DNA of 34,111 bases from an uncultured Gammaproteobacteria bacterium (GCA_965372825.1 CBDVDU010000001.1:1-34111); one strand, 5' to 3'; shown: positions 1 to 10,277, numbered from the stretch's first letter. The notes: generated by a model from the letters alone, not told the origin. Numbers and translations: made by a program.

Positions 1-46
1 TAGCCGCGATTTCATACAAGTCGCGGCTAAAAGACCCTCCCACAAA
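1..46. repeat. REP doublet (GTGGGAG-headed family A), left arm cut by the window edge
   Basis: TAGCCGCGA(1-9) and TCGCGGCTA(21-29) are inverted; the right arm read on the minus strand is GTGGGAGGGTCTTTTAGCCGCGA; related copies at 7390, 8945 and 21770. Confidence 0.8.
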
Positions 47-154
47 TACCTTTCATAATCAAAGGCTCTAAAATAGTGCCATTAAGCTGTCCAAGTACTA
101 CTATTATATTTTTTAAATTATGCGTAACATTAGCTACTTAATTAAACTTGGTAT

Positions 155-1288
155 ATGCACGTGAAAATTATCCTACTTTTATTTTTGCTGTTCAATCATA
201 CCTTAACTATGGCTGCCAGTAATAAAGATAAAGAACTGCACCAAGTCCAAAGCAAAATAAAAACAGTTTCGGGCAATTTATCGCGTTTAAAAAAACAACG
301 AAGCAACGCAAGCTCAGAATTAAAACGCATAGAAAAACAATACGGGGAAATTTCACGTACCGTTCAACAACTAAGCAAACAAGTTAAACAAAAACAACGA
401 CGCATTAACGAAATACACAAGGAATTAAAAGTACAAAACCGCTGGCTAGGCACACAAAAATCGCACTTAGCAGGGCAAGTAAAAGCTGCTTATGCGCTAG
501 GACGCCAAGAAGAATTAAAGCTTCTGTTTAATCAAAAGGATGGGCGTCGCTCTAGCCGCATAATGACCTATTATCAATATTTCAATAATGCGCGCTTAGA
601 CAAACTACAACACATCAATAATAGCCTAGAACTTTTAACGACATTAGAACAAGAAAAGCAATTAGAAATGCAACAAGTTGCAGGTTTAATGAACAATAAA
701 CAGCAACAGCAAGCTCATTTAAAAGAAACATCAGCAGAACGTAAATCCCTTTTAGTTAAAATCAAAAAAGACTACCGAAGCAATGCCTCGAAATTATCTA
801 GGCTAAAAAAAAATGAGAAGAAATTAAAAGGACTTATTACTTCATTACAACAAAACCTCCAGGACACCGTATTACCCGAACATACAAATCAACCCTTTTA
901 CAGTTTGAAAGGTAAATTACCTTGGCCTGTTTCAGGAAAACTTATTAAATCCTTCGGCAACCAACGCTCTGATAGCCAGTGGGATGGAGTTTTAATCAAA
1001 GCAAAAGAAGGCAAACAAGTACAAGCGATTGCTCTTTGTCAGGTGATTTTTTCCAATTGGTTTATAGGCTATGGTTTATTAGTGATCATCAAACACGATA
1101 AAAAATACATGAGTTTATATGCCTTCAATCAAAGCCTGTACAAAGAAAAAGGGGACTGGGTCGAGGCAGGCGACATCATAGCAACGGTTGGCAAAAGTGA
1201 TGGCCGAGAAAATGCCAGCTTATATTTCGAAATACGCAAAAAAGATAAGCCACTTAACCCAAAAAAATGGTGCAAAAAAAGGCGTTAA
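155..1288 (+). CDS. envC: Murein hydrolase activator EnvC (coiled coil plus degenerate M23/LytM domain)
   Basis: Signal peptide, long coiled coil, KGKLPWPVSG, degenerate Zn motifs (WDGVLI, SLYAFN), LYFEIR; typical envC-ctpA-yibQ order. Confidence 0.9.
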   Translation: MHVKIILLLFLLFNHTLTMAASNKDKELHQVQSKIKTVSGNLSRLKKQRSNASSELKRIEKQYGEISRTVQQLSKQVKQKQRRINEIHKELKVQNRWLGTQKSHLAGQVKAAYALGRQEELKLLFNQKDGRRSSRIMTYYQYFNNARLDKLQHINNSLELLTTLEQEKQLEMQQVAGLMNNKQQQQAHLKETSAERKSLLVKIKKDYRSNASKLSRLKKNEKKLKGLITSLQQNLQDTVLPEHTNQPFYSLKGKLPWPVSGKLIKSFGNQRSDSQWDGVLIKAKEGKQVQAIALCQVIFSNWFIGYGLLVIIKHDKKYMSLYAFNQSLYKEKGDWVEAGDIIATVGKSDGRENASLYFEIRKKDKPLNPKKWCKKRR

Positions 1289-1423
1289 GTTCTCATCAAT
1301 TACACTGGTAAAGCTTGAGCAACGACAAGACAACAGAATTTTTACATTACTTGTCTTTATATTGATATAAAATGTATCGGAACTAGAATTCATTTGGAAG
1401 TTATATAACGGAGTTTAAAACGC

Positions 1424-2740
1424 GTGGTTAATAAAAAAAATATTTTTATATTATTTATAGGCTGTTTTCTAGGCATCTTTCTTTCGACTGCTGGCACAAT
1501 ACTCGCAGATAAAGATGCTGAGCCGCAAGCAGTTACTTTACCTTTTGAAGAGCTGAGAACATTTACTGAGATTTTCGGGCGCATCAAACAAGATTATGTT
1601 GAAGAAGTTTCCGATAAAGATTTATTGGAAAATGCGATCCGTGGCATGTTAGTCGGTTTAGACCCACACTCTAGCTATTTAGATGCTGAAGAATACCAAG
1701 AACTAAAAATCGGCACTACTGGCCGCTTTGGTGGCTTAGGCATTCAAGTAACGATGGAAGATGGCTTTGTTAAAGTCATTTCACCTATAGATGAAACGCC
1801 CGCACAACGCGCAGGCATTCAGTCAGGCGATCTAATTATAAAACTAGACAAAAAGCCGGTAAAAGGCATGACTCTGACCGAAGCCGTTAAAATAATGCGC
1901 GGTGAAGTCGGTAGCGACATCATATTAACTATAGTACGTAAAGGTAAGAATGCACCTTTTAATGTAACCTTAACTCGAGATATTATTAAAGTAAAAAGCG
2001 TGCGTAGCCGTACCCTAGAAGATGGCTTTGGCTATGTGCGCATTAGCAGCTTTCAATCACCGACTGGTGCTGCCGTTAAAAAAGCGATCCAAGAACTTAA
2101 AACGGCGAATGGCGGCTCATTAAAAGGCATGGTACTCGATTTACGTAATAATCCTGGCGGCGTTTTAGATGGTGCAGTTTCGGTCAGCGATACCTTTTTA
2201 AATTCAGGTAAAATTGTCTATACAGAGGGCCGCATTAAAAACTCGCAAATGGATTTTAATGCTACCCCAGGCGATGAACTGGATGGCGCACCTTTAATTG
2301 TTTTAATTAACGCAGGATCTGCGTCCGCTTCTGAGATTGTCGCTGGTGCATTACAAGATCATAAACGCGCCATTATTATGGGCACTAAGTCTTTTGGTAA
2401 AGGTTCGGTACAAACAATTTTACCTACTGGCAGTGGCGGTGCGGTAAAAATTACAACCGCGCGCTATTTCACACCTTCAGGGCGCTCAATTCAAGCAACC
2501 GGTATAGAGCCAGATATAGCACTTGATCGCCTTAAATTAGAAGCGTTAGAAGCGGCAAAGTTCCAGCCGGTTAAAGAGTCTGACTTATCTGGCCATTTAG
2601 AGAATGGCAATAAAAAGAAAAGCGATAAAAAAGCAGATAAGAAAACAGAAAAACCAGAAGATGAAAAGGGTGTTGATATTCGTGATTACCCTCTAAACGA
2701 AGCACTTAACCTATTAAAAGGTATTGCCATTTTCAGGTAA
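1424..2740 (+). CDS. ctpA: Carboxy-terminal processing protease, S41A family with PDZ domain (GTG start)
   Basis: LDPHS, PDZ GLGI, DLRNNPGG, catalytic SASASEI and GKGSVQ motifs. Confidence 0.93.
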   Translation: MVNKKNIFILFIGCFLGIFLSTAGTILADKDAEPQAVTLPFEELRTFTEIFGRIKQDYVEEVSDKDLLENAIRGMLVGLDPHSSYLDAEEYQELKIGTTGRFGGLGIQVTMEDGFVKVISPIDETPAQRAGIQSGDLIIKLDKKPVKGMTLTEAVKIMRGEVGSDIILTIVRKGKNAPFNVTLTRDIIKVKSVRSRTLEDGFGYVRISSFQSPTGAAVKKAIQELKTANGGSLKGMVLDLRNNPGGVLDGAVSVSDTFLNSGKIVYTEGRIKNSQMDFNATPGDELDGAPLIVLINAGSASASEIVAGALQDHKRAIIMGTKSFGKGSVQTILPTGSGGAVKITTARYFTPSGRSIQATGIEPDIALDRLKLEALEAAKFQPVKESDLSGHLENGNKKKSDKKADKKTEKPEDEKGVDIRDYPLNEALNLLKGIAIFR

Positions 2741-2760
2741 ATCTTGATCTGTTATTGTTT

Positions 2761-3597
2761 ATGAAAAACTCAGTTAGCCCAATAAAAACTTGTTTCTATT
2801 GGGCGCTGAGTTTTTTTATGCTCGCTAGTTTTGGCTTGCAAGCTAAGGAACAAGCAAGAATAGCCCTCATTATCGATGATATGGGCATACAAAAAGACCT
2901 CAGTTTAAGTGCTCTGCAACTTCCTGGTGCGGTAACTTATTCATTTTTACCCTTTACTGCTCATACTCAAGCATTAGCCAATTTAGCGCACCGTCAAGGC
3001 AAAGAGTTGATGCTGCATGCGCCTATGCAGGCAATAAAGCTAGAAGAACGAGAGAGACACGAATTGAGTGCAGGTATGGGCGGCAGAGCATTTGAACGTT
3101 TATTTATTCGCCAGTTACAAGATATTCCACATATTGCTGGTGTGAATAATCATAAAGGCAGTTTGTTAACACAAAATTATTCGGCAATGTCCCATATAAT
3201 GCAGCTAATTAAAGCGCAATACGGTGATGCTCTATTTTTTGTGGATAGTAAAACTGCGCCCGCAAGCGTGGCTCAAAAAGCGGCAACAGACTTTGGCTTA
3301 GCAGCCTTAGGGAGAGATGTTTTTTTGGATCACGAGGACCCAAGTCAAATAGTCATTAGGCGCCAATTTAGAAAGCTGATTGCTCTAGCGCTGCGTAATG
3401 GCAGTGCTTTAGGTATTGCTCATCCACGCGTCAACACTTTGGCCGTACTTCAAGACGAGCTGCATAGGATTGCAGCTTATGATGTGCAGTTAGTTTCGGT
3501 TTCTGAGTTAGCCTTTGCTGCTAACAAAAAAGCGCCACACATCAAACCCGAAGAAGAATTGAAAATACCTGAGTTGGGCGAATACGATATATTTTGA
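2761..3597 (+). CDS. Divergent polysaccharide deacetylase family protein (YibQ-like)
   Basis: ALIIDDMG, MLHAPM, GVNNHKGS, FFVDS, RDVFLD, IAHP motifs; ATG at 2761 preferred to TTG at 2755. Confidence 0.85.
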   Translation: MKNSVSPIKTCFYWALSFFMLASFGLQAKEQARIALIIDDMGIQKDLSLSALQLPGAVTYSFLPFTAHTQALANLAHRQGKELMLHAPMQAIKLEERERHELSAGMGGRAFERLFIRQLQDIPHIAGVNNHKGSLLTQNYSAMSHIMQLIKAQYGDALFFVDSKTAPASVAQKAATDFGLAALGRDVFLDHEDPSQIVIRRQFRKLIALALRNGSALGIAHPRVNTLAVLQDELHRIAAYDVQLVSVSELAFAANKKAPHIKPEEELKIPELGEYDIF

Positions 3598-3612
3598 AAT
3601 ATTAATAATATA

Positions 3613-3667
3613 GTGGAGCGGACTTTTGTCCGCTTTTTTAGCAATGGCGGACTAAAGTCCGCCCTAC
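3613..3667. repeat. REP doublet (REPIN-like), GTAG family B, between convergent genes
   Basis: GTGGAGCGGACTTTTGTCCGCT (3613-3634, +) faces GTAGGGCGGACTTTAGTCCGCC (3667-3646, -). Confidence 0.85.
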
Positions 3668-3673
3668 CCTTTA

Positions 3674-4126
3674 TTACGCGACAGAATCTTGATACTGAAC
3701 AGAAAAATCATCCATAGAAGCAATGACTTCCTGCGCATTATCTTGGTCATTTAACTCTAAACTGCTGACACCAACACGATTTAGATAAAATACCTGATCG
3801 CGCATAAAATCACCACTAACGCGAATATCTCCGGTAAAACCAAACCGACTACGCAATAATCGCGCATGCGTAAAGGCACGTCCATCAGTAAAAACGGGGA
3901 TATGTAGCTCAATAAGCTGAAAATTCTTTAAATCAGCAACAATCTCTTCAACTACCGCATCAGATTCTAAACGCAAACCCAGAGCGCCTTTTCGATTGAT
4001 AAGATCAGCCCCTTCTTTACGCCAGCGAGCTTGTGAAACAATATTAAAATCTGCATTCAATGGCGCATCATCAGCGATAAATACCCAGCTATCTTGAGTC
4101 ACTTGTTTGTCTTTAATGAGTTGCAT
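3674..4126 (-). CDS. DUF934 family protein, usual partner of CysI-type sulfite reductase
   Basis: PVFTDGRAFTHARLLR and GDFMRDQ...RVG motifs; start overlaps the stop of the upstream reductase. Confidence 0.88.
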   Translation of the reverse strand: MQLIKDKQVTQDSWVFIADDAPLNADFNIVSQARWRKEGADLINRKGALGLRLESDAVVEEIVADLKNFQLIELHIPVFTDGRAFTHARLLRSRFGFTGDIRVSGDFMRDQVFYLNRVGVSSLELNDQDNAQEVIASMDDFSVQYQDSVA

Positions 4127-5768
4127 AGACTCTCTCCTTAAATGGATTCATACCAACACGTCGGTAAGTTGCCAGAAAAGCTTCGTCTTCATTAAGACGT
4201 TGCTCTAGGTAAACTTCCAGTAGTTTTACGACTACAGGTGTAATCTCTTCTTTGCTAACAGAAGGCCCTAAACGATCACCAATAGCCGCATCATTTTCTG
4301 AGGAACCACCTAATGTGACTTGATACCATTCCTCACCTTTTTTCTCTAAACCTAAAACACCAATATGTCCAACACTCTGATGCGCACAACCATTCATACA
4401 GCCAGAGATATTGATTTTTATCTCTCCTAGGTCATGCACATAATCGATAGAATCTAAACTATCATTAATTTCTTGAGCAACGCCGATAGAGCCTGCAAGT
4501 GCCAATCCACAAAAATCTAAGCCAGGGCAACAAATCATATCCGTTGCTTTGCCAATATTAGGCGTTGCTAGTTTTAAACTTGCTAGTTTTTGCCACAAGA
4601 CAAATAAATCCGCTTGTTTAATATCAGCTAGAACTAAGTTTTGACGATGCGTTGTCCGCACCATACCAAAGCTGTATTCATCCGCTAAACCAGCAATTGC
4701 ATCAAGCTGTACATCGGTGCAATCCCCCGGCGGACTATCTGGCGCTTTTAAAGAAATATAAGCAGCACGATAGCCATCTATTTTATGCTCAGCCGTATTG
4801 TGTTTAACCCAAGTAGCAAAGCGACTATCTTTAGCTAAATGCTCAGCATAACTGGTATCTTGTGCTGCATCTGCCTGATAATCAGGCAATGCAAACTGCG
4901 CTTGCATTGCCGTAATATCTTCTGCAGGAATAGCCAATTGATCTTTAATTAAAGCCCATTCAGCATCAACTTGCTCGCTAAATGCAGCCAGCCCAGTTTC
5001 TCTGACTAAAATTTTAATGCGCGCTTTATATTTATTATCACGACGCCCATTTAAGTTGTAGACACGCAAAATAGCTTCTAAATAAGATAATAAGTGCTCT
5101 TTTTCCAGAAAAGGCTTAATCATTTGGCCAATCACTGGCGTACGACCTAGACCGCCACCAACAAATACTTTAAAACCAACGACACCTTGTTCATTTTCGA
5201 CTAAATGCAGGCCAATATCATGGAACTGTGTCGCCGCACGATCAAGTTTTGCGCCACTCACTGCAATTTTAAATTTACGCGGTAAATAGGCAAACTCAGG
5301 ATGCAAAATAGTCCATTGACGAATGATTTCACAATAAGGACGTGGGTCTTCTATTTCATCCTTACAAACACCGGCTAACTGGTCAGAGGTTGTATTTCTA
5401 AGGCAGTTACCACTGGTTTGAATAGCATGCATTTGTACGCTAGCTAATTCTTCAAGAATATCAGGCACTCTTTCGAGTGCGGGCCAGTTAAATTGGATGT
5501 TTTGGCGAGTTGTAAAATGGCAGTAGCCTTTATCATAGTCACGCGCTATAGATGCTAATTTTCGGACTTGATCGCTAGACAATAAGCCATAAGGGCCAGC
5601 AACACGCAATAATGGAGCATGAGTTTGGATATAAACACCATTCATTAAACGTAATGCACGGTATTTGTCGTCAGGAATTTCACCTTTTAAAAAACGCTCA
5701 GTTTGATCACGAAACTGAGTCACGCGTTCATCAATGATTGTTTGATCTTTATCGGTATATTGATACAT
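4113..5768 (-). CDS. cysI: Nitrite/sulfite reductase hemoprotein (siroheme, 4Fe-4S), Pseudomonas CysI type
   Basis: HFTTRQNIQ, TSGNCLRN, LPRKFKIA, CCPGLDFC and ISGCMNGC cluster-ligand motifs. Confidence 0.88.
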   Translation of the reverse strand: MYQYTDKDQTIIDERVTQFRDQTERFLKGEIPDDKYRALRLMNGVYIQTHAPLLRVAGPYGLLSSDQVRKLASIARDYDKGYCHFTTRQNIQFNWPALERVPDILEELASVQMHAIQTSGNCLRNTTSDQLAGVCKDEIEDPRPYCEIIRQWTILHPEFAYLPRKFKIAVSGAKLDRAATQFHDIGLHLVENEQGVVGFKVFVGGGLGRTPVIGQMIKPFLEKEHLLSYLEAILRVYNLNGRRDNKYKARIKILVRETGLAAFSEQVDAEWALIKDQLAIPAEDITAMQAQFALPDYQADAAQDTSYAEHLAKDSRFATWVKHNTAEHKIDGYRAAYISLKAPDSPPGDCTDVQLDAIAGLADEYSFGMVRTTHRQNLVLADIKQADLFVLWQKLASLKLATPNIGKATDMICCPGLDFCGLALAGSIGVAQEINDSLDSIDYVHDLGEIKINISGCMNGCAHQSVGHIGVLGLEKKGEEWYQVTLGGSSENDAAIGDRLGPSVSKEEITPVVVKLLEVYLEQRLNEDEAFLATYRRVGMNPFKERVYATH

Positions 5769-5926
5769 AGAAATGCACTTATGTAGGCGGGTTGAGCTTA
5801 AACTTTTATGATATACCGCCAGCGATTAAATGACAAAGTTAATTGGTTAGTGATATTATTGCCGGTTGAGTTGTACCACACTTAAAACATTAAAATAATT
5901 TATAAATTAAGGGCTAGGGGGTCGTT

Positions 5927-7303
5927 TTGTTACGTTTATTATTAATTTTTGCTGCACTGATGGGCATGCCGCAGTTAGCAATGGCCGAAGAAGCCATTAC
6001 TAACCTAGGTTTAACCGGAACTGAGCGCGGTATTTATACTGTTCTGATCTTTATCATCGCCTATGGCTTTGTTATGGCTGAAGAATTCACTGGGCTACGT
6101 AAATCTAAGCCTGTTATTATTGCTGCGGCCGTTATTTGGGCGCATGCGGCTGTTTTAGCCGCTGAAGCGGGCGTTTCTACTGAAGCGTTACATGAGGCAT
6201 TTGAGTTCAACTTAAAAGAATATGCGGCATTAATGCTATTCTTATTAGTTGCCATGACTTACATCAATGCTATGGCTGAGCGTAATGTATTCGAAGCTTT
6301 GCGCTCTTGGATGGTTAGAAAACAATTCGGTTACAGACAATTGTTTTTAATTACAGGGATAGTTACGTTCTTCTTATCAGCGATTGCCGATAATTTAACC
6401 GCTGCTTTATTAGTGGGCGCGGTAGTATTAGCGGTAGGTAAAGACAACGAAAAATTTATTGCTATTGGTTTTGTTAACTTGGTAATTGCTGCTAATGCGG
6501 GTGGTGCATTCAGCCCATTTGGCGACATTACTACCTTAATGGTATGGCAAGCGGGTTATGCTGAATTCTTTGATTTCTTCAACTTATTCATTCCATCAGT
6601 GGTTAACTATGCTGTCCCTGCTGCTATTATGTATTTTGCTGTCCCTGATGAGCAGCCGCCTACTACACATGAGGAAGCTGTTGTTTTAAAACCAGGGGCA
6701 ATTCAAATATGTGTGTTATTTGTACTAACCATTGTCACTGCAGTAAGCTTTAAGCAAGTATTACATTTACCGCCGTTTATGGGCATGATGGCTGGTTTAG
6801 GTGTATTGATGGTTTATGGCTATAGACTACAAACATTATACAAATCAAATGCGAATGATGATCGACATAGCTCTTTTGATATTTTTGATAAAGTTCGCGA
6901 TGCAGAGTGGGATACTTTATTCTTCTTCTTCGGTGTAGTTTTTGCTGTGGGTGGTTTAGGTTATATCGGTTACTTAGAGTTACTATCTGAAGCGATGTAC
7001 GATGGCTTAGGTCAAACTCCAGCGAATATTCTTGTCGGTGTGATGTCTGCGATTGTTGATAATATTCCAGTGATGTTTGCGGTATTAAGCATGAATTTAG
7101 ACATGGATCTATATCAATGGTTATTGGTGACGTTAACTGCAGGAACAGGTGGATCAATGTTATCTGTAGGTTCTGCTGCCGGGGTTGCTTTAATGGGCTC
7201 TTCTAACCATAAATACACATTCTTTAGTCATTTAAAATGGACTCCCGTGATTGCTATAGGTTATGCCGCGAGTATTTTTGTGCATTACTTGGTCAATGGT
7301 TAA
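5927..7303 (+). CDS. nhaD: Na+/H+ antiporter, NhaD family (TTG start)
   Basis: EE..LRKSKP, ADNLT, AANAGGAFSPFGDITTLMVWQ, SAIVDNIP, GSAAGVALMG; many TM helices. Confidence 0.9.
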   Translation: MLRLLLIFAALMGMPQLAMAEEAITNLGLTGTERGIYTVLIFIIAYGFVMAEEFTGLRKSKPVIIAAAVIWAHAAVLAAEAGVSTEALHEAFEFNLKEYAALMLFLLVAMTYINAMAERNVFEALRSWMVRKQFGYRQLFLITGIVTFFLSAIADNLTAALLVGAVVLAVGKDNEKFIAIGFVNLVIAANAGGAFSPFGDITTLMVWQAGYAEFFDFFNLFIPSVVNYAVPAAIMYFAVPDEQPPTTHEEAVVLKPGAIQICVLFVLTIVTAVSFKQVLHLPPFMGMMAGLGVLMVYGYRLQTLYKSNANDDRHSSFDIFDKVRDAEWDTLFFFFGVVFAVGGLGYIGYLELLSEAMYDGLGQTPANILVGVMSAIVDNIPVMFAVLSMNLDMDLYQWLLVTLTAGTGGSMLSVGSAAGVALMGSSNHKYTFFSHLKWTPVIAIGYAASIFVHYLVNG

Positions 7304-7341
7304 AGCCTAAGGCAGTCAGTTTAAACCTGAATGCTTTATAG

Positions 7342-7376
7342 AAGGGAGTAGAATGAAAATTCTACTCCCTTTTTTT
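7342..7376 (+). terminator. Rho-independent terminator after nhaD
   Basis: AAGGGAGTAGAAT-gaaa-ATTCTACTCCCTT perfect stem followed by a T run. Confidence 0.85.
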
Positions 7377-7389
7377 GTGTCATATCTTT

Positions 7390-7440
7390 GTTGGAGGGGC
7401 TTTTAGCCGCGATATAATCGCCTTATGCCGCAACTCCCAC
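7390..7440. repeat. REP doublet, family A with a divergent right arm
   Basis: GTTGGAGGGGCTTTTAGCCGCGA (+) faces GTGGGAGTTGCGGCATAAGGCGA (-). Confidence 0.7.
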
Positions 7441-7478
7441 TGAAACCTAGGCTAGTATTTTAAGCCGGTACAGTTTAT

Positions 7479-7534
7479 GTAGGGTATGCACCGCATACCT
7501 CGTCACACCAAAAGGTACGCAATGCGTACCCGAC
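7479..7534. repeat. REP doublet, GTAG family C
   Basis: GTAGGGTATGCACCGCATACC (7479-7499, +) faces GTCGGGTACGCATTGCGTACC (7534-7514, -). Confidence 0.8.
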
Positions 7535-7590
7535 CTTAATGTTTCACCTTAAGTGTAAGCCCGAAACTTACAAACAATGCCTGGATATTT

Positions 7591-8925
7591 ATGACTGAAC
7601 ACAGTTGGAAACAAGCTTTTTCTGCTTACCTACAACCACGAGTATTGGGCATGTCCTTTCTCGGATTTTCTGCCGGTCTACCTTTTTTATTGGTATTTTC
7701 AACCTTATCTGCTTGGCTACGCGATACTGGCGTCACCTTATCTGTTATCGGTTTTTTTAGCTGGGTGGGTGTCACTTATTCAATCAAAGTGGTTTGGGCA
7801 CCTGTTGTCGATAGCTTAAAACTCCCTTTTTTAACGCATTTATTGGGTAAACGTCGTAGCTGGATGTTGCTTGCACAACTCGGTATTGCTGCCGGCTTAA
7901 TGGCCTTAGCCGAATTAAATCCACAAACACAAATTGAATTAATAGCAGGCGTAGCTGTATTTATCGCGTTTTGTTCTGCCACGCAAGATATTGTTATTGA
8001 TGCCTATCGTATTGAAGCAATACACCCCGAATATCAAGCAGCGATGGCCGCTATGTACGTCTTTGGCTATCGCGTTGCTCTATTAGCCTCAGGGGCTGGC
8101 GCTTTTTATATAGCTGATTTTATTGGCTGGAATGCCGCCTACTCAGCAATGGCATTACTGATGTTTATTGGCATTACAACAACTATGCTGATTCGCGAAC
8201 CTAAGCACCAACAAGATGCCAAAACAAAGGAACTAGAACATACAATTGAAAGCGCCTTAGGTATTCATGAGAAAAAAAGCTTACTAGCAAGGTTAAGCGC
8301 TTGGTTTTCTGATTCCGTCATCAGCCCTTTTGCAGAATTTTTTGTCCGTAACGGTAAGCTAGGCATCTGGATTTTAAGCCTAATTGCCTTCTATAAAATG
8401 AGCGACATCACCATGGGTGTGATGGCCAACCCTTTTTATCTGGATCTAGGCTTTAGTAAACAAGAAATAGCTGATGTGAGCAAGGTATTTGGCTTTTTTA
8501 TGACCATCTTTGGTGCGTCATTGGGCGGCTTGTTAGTAATTCGTTACGGCCTTATGAAACCGCTTTTACTAGGCGCAATACTCGTTGCTGCGACTAACTT
8601 ACTATTTGTACTGCTAGCATTATCCGAGCCAAGCCTTAAGCTCCTAGCCCTAGTCATCAGTGCGGATAATTTAAGTGGCGGTATCGCAACCTCTGTTTTT
8701 ATTGCCTATTTATCCAGCCTAACCAACACCGCTTACACTGCGACACAATACGCGCTATTTAGCTCCTTAATGACCTTACCTGCAAAATTATTAGGTGGCT
8801 TGTCGGGGCTTATTGTCGATGGCTATGGCTATCATATGTTTTTTCTCTACGCATCATTTGCCGGCTTACCTGCGATTATATTGGTAACACATTTAATGCG
8901 CTTGCAGCCTAAGCAGGAACAATAA
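7591..8925 (+). CDS. ampG: AmpG family muropeptide MFS transporter
   Basis: LGFSAGLP, KVVWAPVVD, GKRRSW, SATQDIVIDAYRIE, TATQYALFSS. Confidence 0.92.
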   Translation: MTEHSWKQAFSAYLQPRVLGMSFLGFSAGLPFLLVFSTLSAWLRDTGVTLSVIGFFSWVGVTYSIKVVWAPVVDSLKLPFLTHLLGKRRSWMLLAQLGIAAGLMALAELNPQTQIELIAGVAVFIAFCSATQDIVIDAYRIEAIHPEYQAAMAAMYVFGYRVALLASGAGAFYIADFIGWNAAYSAMALLMFIGITTTMLIREPKHQQDAKTKELEHTIESALGIHEKKSLLARLSAWFSDSVISPFAEFFVRNGKLGIWILSLIAFYKMSDITMGVMANPFYLDLGFSKQEIADVSKVFGFFMTIFGASLGGLLVIRYGLMKPLLLGAILVAATNLLFVLLALSEPSLKLLALVISADNLSGGIATSVFIAYLSSLTNTAYTATQYALFSSLMTLPAKLLGGLSGLIVDGYGYHMFFLYASFAGLPAIILVTHLMRLQPKQEQ

Positions 8926-8944
8926 AATGAGAGGTAAATTCTTT

Positions 8945-8966
8945 GTGGGAGTGGCTTTAGCCACGA
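8945..8966 (+). repeat. Single REP, family A
   Basis: GTGGGAGTGGCTTTAGCCACGA, 20 bp after the ampG stop. Confidence 0.75.
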
Positions 8967-9164
8967 TTGGGAAATCAAAATCCAATAACATCCGAAAGCA
9001 CTGCTAGTCCTCGAAGGACTGGCAGTGTCATAATCTAAAGTTTCGGGTTTTATTTAATGTGCATTCCTAAGCACCGACCGAGGGCTGACGCTTTAGCCTA
9101 CATTTATAAGCAACTAAAGCGCCAGCCTTCATTTTATCAGCCTTATTTTATGCGCACCCCTTAA

Positions 9165-9938
9165 TTACAAGACATAATCATAATCCACAATCAAAGGCGC
9201 ATGATCGGAGAATCGCTCGTCCTTATAAATAGCAGTCGAAAGCACTTTATCTTGTAGTGAATCATTGATGACCTGATAATCAATACGCCAACCGACATTT
9301 TTAGCCCAAGACTGCCCTCTATTTGACCACCAAGTGTATTGATCCGCTTCTTGATTAACAAGCCTAAAAGCATCATGCCATGATTCTTGCTCAAATAATT
9401 GCGTCATCCAAGCACGTTCTTCAGGCAAAAAACCTGAATTTTTCTGGTTAGCTTTCCAGTTTTTTAGGTCTATTTCTTTATGAGCGATATTCCAATCACC
9501 ACACACCACATAGTCACGCCCATCATTAGCACGTTCTTGCAAATACGGCATAAAACGCCCCATAACGTCGTATTTAAAGGCCTGCCGCTCCTCTTTGGAG
9601 GAGCCAGAAGGGAGATATAAAGAGATAACACTAAGATTGCCAATTTGCACTTCTAGGTAGCGGCCTTCGCTGTCAATATCGTCAAAACCCATGCCCTCGA
9701 TAATTTTATTTGGCTTGTGTTTACTGTAAATAGCTACTCCACTATAGCCCTTTTTTATAGCGCTATGATAATAGCAATAATAACCTTCGGGATGAAACGC
9801 ATCCGCTGTAAGCTGGTCAGGCTGGGCTTTGGTTTCTTGAATGCAAACAACATCTGCATTTTGTTGTGCTAGCCAAGGAAAAAAACCTTTGCGCTCTGCA
9901 GCGCGAATTCCATTAGTATTTACTGTTATAATACGCAT
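9165..9938 (-). CDS. xth: Exodeoxyribonuclease III / AP endonuclease
   Basis: NTNGIRA, IQETK, GYSGVA, GDWN, WRIDY, SDH catalytic motifs intact; family-typical start MRIITVN at 9938 (ORF extends to 9965). Confidence 0.9.
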   Translation of the reverse strand: MRIITVNTNGIRAAERKGFFPWLAQQNADVVCIQETKAQPDQLTADAFHPEGYYCYYHSAIKKGYSGVAIYSKHKPNKIIEGMGFDDIDSEGRYLEVQIGNLSVISLYLPSGSSKEERQAFKYDVMGRFMPYLQERANDGRDYVVCGDWNIAHKEIDLKNWKANQKNSGFLPEERAWMTQLFEQESWHDAFRLVNQEADQYTWWSNRGQSWAKNVGWRIDYQVINDSLQDKVLSTAIYKDERFSDHAPLIVDYDYVL

Positions 9939-10036
9939 ATTTATATAATCGTTACTTGCAGACATTTCGTTAAAGAAGTATTATACTCTGTTCAAAATTG
10001 TATGTTAGTCGAATTTTAGACGTATTAAAGGTCACT

Positions 10037-10237
10037 ATGAAACCAGAAATTCACCCAGAATATAAACAAATAACCGTTACTTGCGGTTGTGGTAACGAGT
10101 TCACTACAGGCTCAGTCTTAGGTAAAGATTTACATATTGAGGTATGTTCAGCTTGCCACCCATTCTATACAGGAAAGCAACGTGTCGTTGATACGGCAGG
10201 TCGTGTAGATAAATTCCGTAAGCGTTATAGCAAATAA
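10037..10237 (+). CDS. rpmE: 50S ribosomal protein L31, Zn-binding form
   Basis: [29 protein letters not shown]; AAGGT RBS before ATG 10037. Confidence 0.95.
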   Translation: MKPEIHPEYKQITVTCGCGNEFTTGSVLGKDLHIEVCSACHPFYTGKQRVVDTAGRVDKFRKRYSK

Positions 10238-10277
10238 GCTATTTCTCGCTTCACGGAAAAGCATTAGGAAACAATCA

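Noticed and set aside
155-1288. Active M23 peptidase
   Set aside because: Zn-ligand motifs are degenerate, which is normal for EnvC and not a novelty
7342-7570. CRISPR array or integron attC cluster in the palindrome-dense spacer
   Set aside because: The palindromes differ from each other, are not regularly spaced direct repeats, and no cas or intI gene is present
9165-9938. Crc (catabolite repression control) instead of exonuclease III
   Set aside because: The N-terminus is Crc-like but the catalytic QE, GDxN and SDH residues are intact, as in active ExoIII enzymes
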